From positions 12,393-76,392 of the forward strand of contig CAZQEH010000007.1 of assembly GCA_964592205.1 (NCBI GenBank): DNA of 64,000 bases, in the 5' to 3' direction. Below, piece by piece: positions 61,099 to 64,000 of this stretch; position 1 is the stretch's first letter; each line of letters begins with the position of its first letter. Source of the DNA: an uncultured Novosphingobium sp. (GTDB lineage Bacteria; Pseudomonadota; Alphaproteobacteria; Sphingomonadales; Sphingomonadaceae). The notes under the pieces are model-generated. The model saw nothing but the letters and a program-made list of their open reading frames with translations, ran no database searches and was not told the DNA's origin. Made by a program: the position numbers and the translations under genes.

Positions 61099-62726
61099 CA
61101 GCGGTTGCCCTGCTTCCTGGTATCGCGCAGCACCTGCATCGCCGCGTTGTGCCCGGGCGCGCCGGTCACTCCGCCGCCGGGATGCGCACCCGCACCGCAG
61201 AGGTAGAGCCCTTCGACTGGCGTCCGATATTGCGACCAGCGCGGCACCGGGCGCATTGAAAACAGCGCCCCGGGATGCAGATCGCCGTGGAAGATATTGC
61301 CTTCGGTAAGCCCGTAAATCCGCTCCAGATCAAGCGGGGTGAGCATCACGCGGCCCAGGATCAGTTCGCGCAGGTTCGGCATGTGGCGGCTGATCTGATT
61401 GATGATCGTCTCCGCCAGCGCCTCGCGCTTGTCGTCCCACGTCCCCTCGCGCAGCTTGTAGGGCACGTACTGGATGAAGCAGGTCAGCATGTGATGCCCC
61501 GGCGGGCACAGGCTGTCATCCACAAGGCTGGGGATCACGCAATCGATCCACAGTTCCTCCGGCACATCGCCGAAGCGCGCAATATCGGCGCAGCGCTGCG
61601 CGCCTTCGAGCGTTGGAGCGATCGTCAGCAGCGCGCGCTCCAGCGGCGTGGCATCGGGCTTGCGGCCGATCACGATAGGCTCGCCCGAAAGCGCGATGTT
61701 GAGCTTGGCCGCCGGGCCGCCCATCTTGATCGCGGCAATATCGCGGCGGAAATCCTCGGGCAAATCGGCCTTGGCAAGCAGCGTCAGGAACGTGCGCTTG
61801 GGATCGGCATTGGACAGCACGATTTTGCCGCGCACCTGCCGCCCATCGAGCAAGGTCACGCCCGTCGCCCGCCCGCCGAAAACGTCGATGCTGCCGACTG
61901 GCGCGCTCGTCTCGATCACCGCGCCGAAACCGCGCGCGGCAGCGGCAATCGCGCCGGAAACCGCGCCCATGCCGCCCATGACATGGCCGTTGAAGCCCTG
62001 CACCGCATGGTCCCCGCCCGCGAGCAGATGAAACAGCAGCCCTACTGCCGAACCCGGCTCATACGGTCCGCCATGCTTGCCATAGACGTTGTTGGCCAGG
62101 ATCATCCGCTTGGCGGCGTCGGATTCGAAGTGTCGATCCAGAAACTCGCCTAGGCTGCCGGTGAGAAACTGCACCATCTCGCCGATCTCGGTGCCCTTGA
62201 TGCGGCGGAAGCGGCGGATCATCCGCAGCCCCTCGCGCACCCGGTCGAGCCCGCGCGCGGCAAGATCCGGTGGGGATTCGAGGAAGAACGGCTGAAGATA
62301 GGCGGCAAGCGCCTTCAACTTCCGGTCAACGTCAAGGAACGCCTCGGCATCGCGCGCGGAAAAGCGGCCGATTTCCTGCGCGGTGCGTTCGGTATCCGCC
62401 CACCAGCGGATGATCTCACCATCCCCCAGCGGCACGGTCAGGATCGGATCGCAGGCCAGCATGCGCAGGCCATGGCGACCGAGATCAAGATCGCGGATCA
62501 CCGTCGGCATCAGCATCGAGGCGATGTAGGACGTAAACGAAACGCGGTGCCCCGGGATCACTTCCTCGGTCACGCAGGCGCCGCCGACGATGGGCCGCGC
62601 TTCGAGCACCAGCACCGAACGGCCGGCCTTCGCGAGATAGGCCGCCGCAGTCAGGCCATTATGGCCCGCGCCCACGATGATCGCATCCCAGATCTTGCCC
62701 GTAACACTCATGGCCGCGCCGCTCAT
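61098..62726 (-). CDS. Phytoene-desaturase-fold FAD oxidoreductase (PYROXD2-like); start 62726 or 62711
   Basis: DAIIVGAGHNGLTAAAYLAKAG, GGMGAVS, TPLDLE..GLTEGNIFHG, GAGAHPGGGVTGAPGHNAA. Confidence 0.88.
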   Translation of the reverse strand: MSGAAMSVTGKIWDAIIVGAGHNGLTAAAYLAKAGRSVLVLEARPIVGGACVTEEVIPGHRVSFTSYIASMLMPTVIRDLDLGRHGLRMLACDPILTVPLGDGEIIRWWADTERTAQEIGRFSARDAEAFLDVDRKLKALAAYLQPFFLESPPDLAARGLDRVREGLRMIRRFRRIKGTEIGEMVQFLTGSLGEFLDRHFESDAAKRMILANNVYGKHGGPYEPGSAVGLLFHLLAGGDHAVQGFNGHVMGGMGAVSGAIAAAARGFGAVIETSAPVGSIDVFGGRATGVTLLDGRQVRGKIVLSNADPKRTFLTLLAKADLPEDFRRDIAAIKMGGPAAKLNIALSGEPIVIGRKPDATPLERALLTIAPTLEGAQRCADIARFGDVPEELWIDCVIPSLVDDSLCPPGHHMLTCFIQYVPYKLREGTWDDKREALAETIINQISRHMPNLRELILGRVMLTPLDLERIYGLTEGNIFHGDLHPGALFSMRPVPRWSQYRTPVEGLYLCGAGAHPGGGVTGAPGHNAAMQVLRDTRKQGNR

Positions 62727-62764
62727 CCCCCTCGCTTTCAGGCTGGATGAGTGCCGCAATGCTG

Positions 62765-62788
62765 CTTATAAGGCAAGCGTCTAATAAG
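62765..62788. promoter_or_regulatory. 24-bp imperfect palindrome, putative TetR/BetI-type operator in the divergent promoter
   Basis: CTTATAAGGC-AAGC-GTCTAATAAG, AT-rich dyad between the flavoprotein and Rieske genes. Confidence 0.6.
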
Positions 62789-62841
62789 TGGATCGGAGCG
62801 GCGTGATGGGGGAGATGGCCAATGGCGGGCCAGATGGCGGA

Positions 62842-63951
62842 ATGGAGCAGTCGCTCGAAAGCACTGCCTACCTGACGGCTGAGGCCTACGCGCGCGACAA
62901 GGCCGCGATCTTCCACCGTCAATGGTTCTGTGCGGGCCGGGAGGAGGATTTCCCCTCCCCCGGCGATCACAAGGTGCTCGATGTGGCGGGCGAAAGCGTG
63001 ATCGTGGTAGGCGGCAAGAACGGCGCGCTCCACGCGCATTACAACGTCTGCCGCCACCGCGGCGCGCGCATGTGCGATGCGGTGAGCGATGCGCGTTGGG
63101 GCGTTGCGCTCGATGCCGGCGTGGTCGGCCGCACGATGATCCGCTGCCCCTATCACGGCTGGTCCTATGCGCTCGATGGCCGCCTGCTCGCCGCGCCGCA
63201 GCTGCAGGATGCGCCGGGCTTCGACAAGAGCCGGTTCGGCCTGCACCCGGTCGCAGTCCAGACCTGGGGCGGCTTCATCTTCCTCAATCTCTCGCCCGAA
63301 ACCTCCCCCGATTTCGCCGCCGGTCTGGCGGAGCCTGCACGGCGGCTGGCAAACTACCCGCTCGGCGATCTGGTGACGGCTCAGACCATCGCTTATGAGG
63401 TCAAGGCCAACTGGAAGCTGATCCTCGAAAACTACAACGAGTGCTACCACTGCCCCGGCGTCCATCCGGAGCTCACCGCGATCGTGCCGGCTTTCAAGGT
63501 GCGCGGCGGGATTGATCTCGATTGGGAAGCCGGTATTCCCCACCGCGAGGGCGCGTGGACCTACACGATGGACGGCACCACTACCCGCGCCCCCTTCCCC
63601 GGCCTCTCGGAAGAGGAAAAGGTCCGCCACAAGGGCGAACTGATCTATCCCAACCTCATGCTCAGCGTCAGCTGCGAACACGCCGCCGCCTTCGTGCTCT
63701 GGCCGCTGGCCGCAGACCGCACCCTCATCGAATGCCGCTTCCTGTTCCACCCCGATGAAGCAGCCAAGACGGACTTCGATCCTTCAGACGCGGTCGATTT
63801 CTGGGATCTCGTCAACCGGCAGGACTGGGCCGTGTGCGAACGCGTGCAATCCGGCATCGCCGCGCGCGTTCACACCCACGGCTACTACGCCCCGATCGAA
63901 GACCTCAGCCTCGATATCCGGCGCTACATCGAAGGCTGCAGCGAGCCCTGA
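62842..63951 (+). CDS. Rieske non-heme iron oxygenase alpha subunit (quaternary-amine oxygenase-like); start uncertain
   Basis: CRH...CPYH, ANWKLILENYNECYHCPGVHPEL, VNRQDWAVCERVQSG. Confidence 0.88.
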   Translation: MEQSLESTAYLTAEAYARDKAAIFHRQWFCAGREEDFPSPGDHKVLDVAGESVIVVGGKNGALHAHYNVCRHRGARMCDAVSDARWGVALDAGVVGRTMIRCPYHGWSYALDGRLLAAPQLQDAPGFDKSRFGLHPVAVQTWGGFIFLNLSPETSPDFAAGLAEPARRLANYPLGDLVTAQTIAYEVKANWKLILENYNECYHCPGVHPELTAIVPAFKVRGGIDLDWEAGIPHREGAWTYTMDGTTTRAPFPGLSEEEKVRHKGELIYPNLMLSVSCEHAAAFVLWPLAADRTLIECRFLFHPDEAAKTDFDPSDAVDFWDLVNRQDWAVCERVQSGIAARVHTHGYYAPIEDLSLDIRRYIEGCSEP

Positions 63952-63956
63952 ACGGC

Positions 63957-63992
63957 AGGAGCGCAAACTGCCTGTTGCAGTTGCGCCTTCCT
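63957..63992 (+). terminator. Hairpin downstream of the Rieske gene
   Basis: GGAGCGCAAACTGC-CTGTT-GCAGTTGCGCCTTCC imperfect inverted repeat. Confidence 0.45.
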
Positions 63993-64000
63993 CGCGGCAG

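Noticed and set aside
61098..62726. crtI (carotenoid phytoene desaturase)
   Set aside because: No crt genes nearby; context and motifs fit the non-carotenoid PYROXD2-like group

Overview
High-GC, gene-dense chromosomal window that looks alphaproteobacterial (Sphingomonadaceae/Novosphingobium-like; inferred from TonB receptors, stand-alone PilZ proteins, REP-like repeats and gene content). No rRNA, tRNA, CRISPR array, transposase or phage gene was recognised. Layout: (1) 1-21 kb, core-type genes: end of an EAL-type gene, TIGR00266/AIM24 protein, a sulfate-uptake operon (sbp-cysT-cysW-cysA, a small OscA/YezD-like gene missing from the ORF track, and a TonB receptor), ppk1-ppx, a dipeptidase, maiA, two PilZ proteins, a degenerate HD-GYP protein, acyl-CoA dehydrogenase and LysR-pirin. 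(2) 21-49.7 kb, a catabolic region that appears to target N-methylated/quaternary amines: GbcA-like Rieske oxygenase, PLP gamma-lyase, opine-oxidase-like flavoprotein pair, soxBDAG, TonB receptor plus TPR-sulfotransferase, MFS, ALDH, an atypical enolase-superfamily enzyme, GMC oxidase, a gamma-butyrobetaine-hydroxylase-like dioxygenase, class II aldolase, two dehydrogenases and two LysR regulators, one apparently starting at ATC. (3) 49.8-64 kb: alpha/beta hydrolase, glpD, a serralysin-type RTX protease, a membrane-bound Pls/PosA-type single-module NRPS (candidate poly-amino-acid synthetase with an unfamiliar A-domain code), and a TetR/APC permease/flavin oxidoreductase unit divergent from a second Rieske oxygenase. 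Best candidates for an undescribed system are the Pls-like synthetase and the amine-catabolic region. All calls come from reading motifs by eye; no searches were run.
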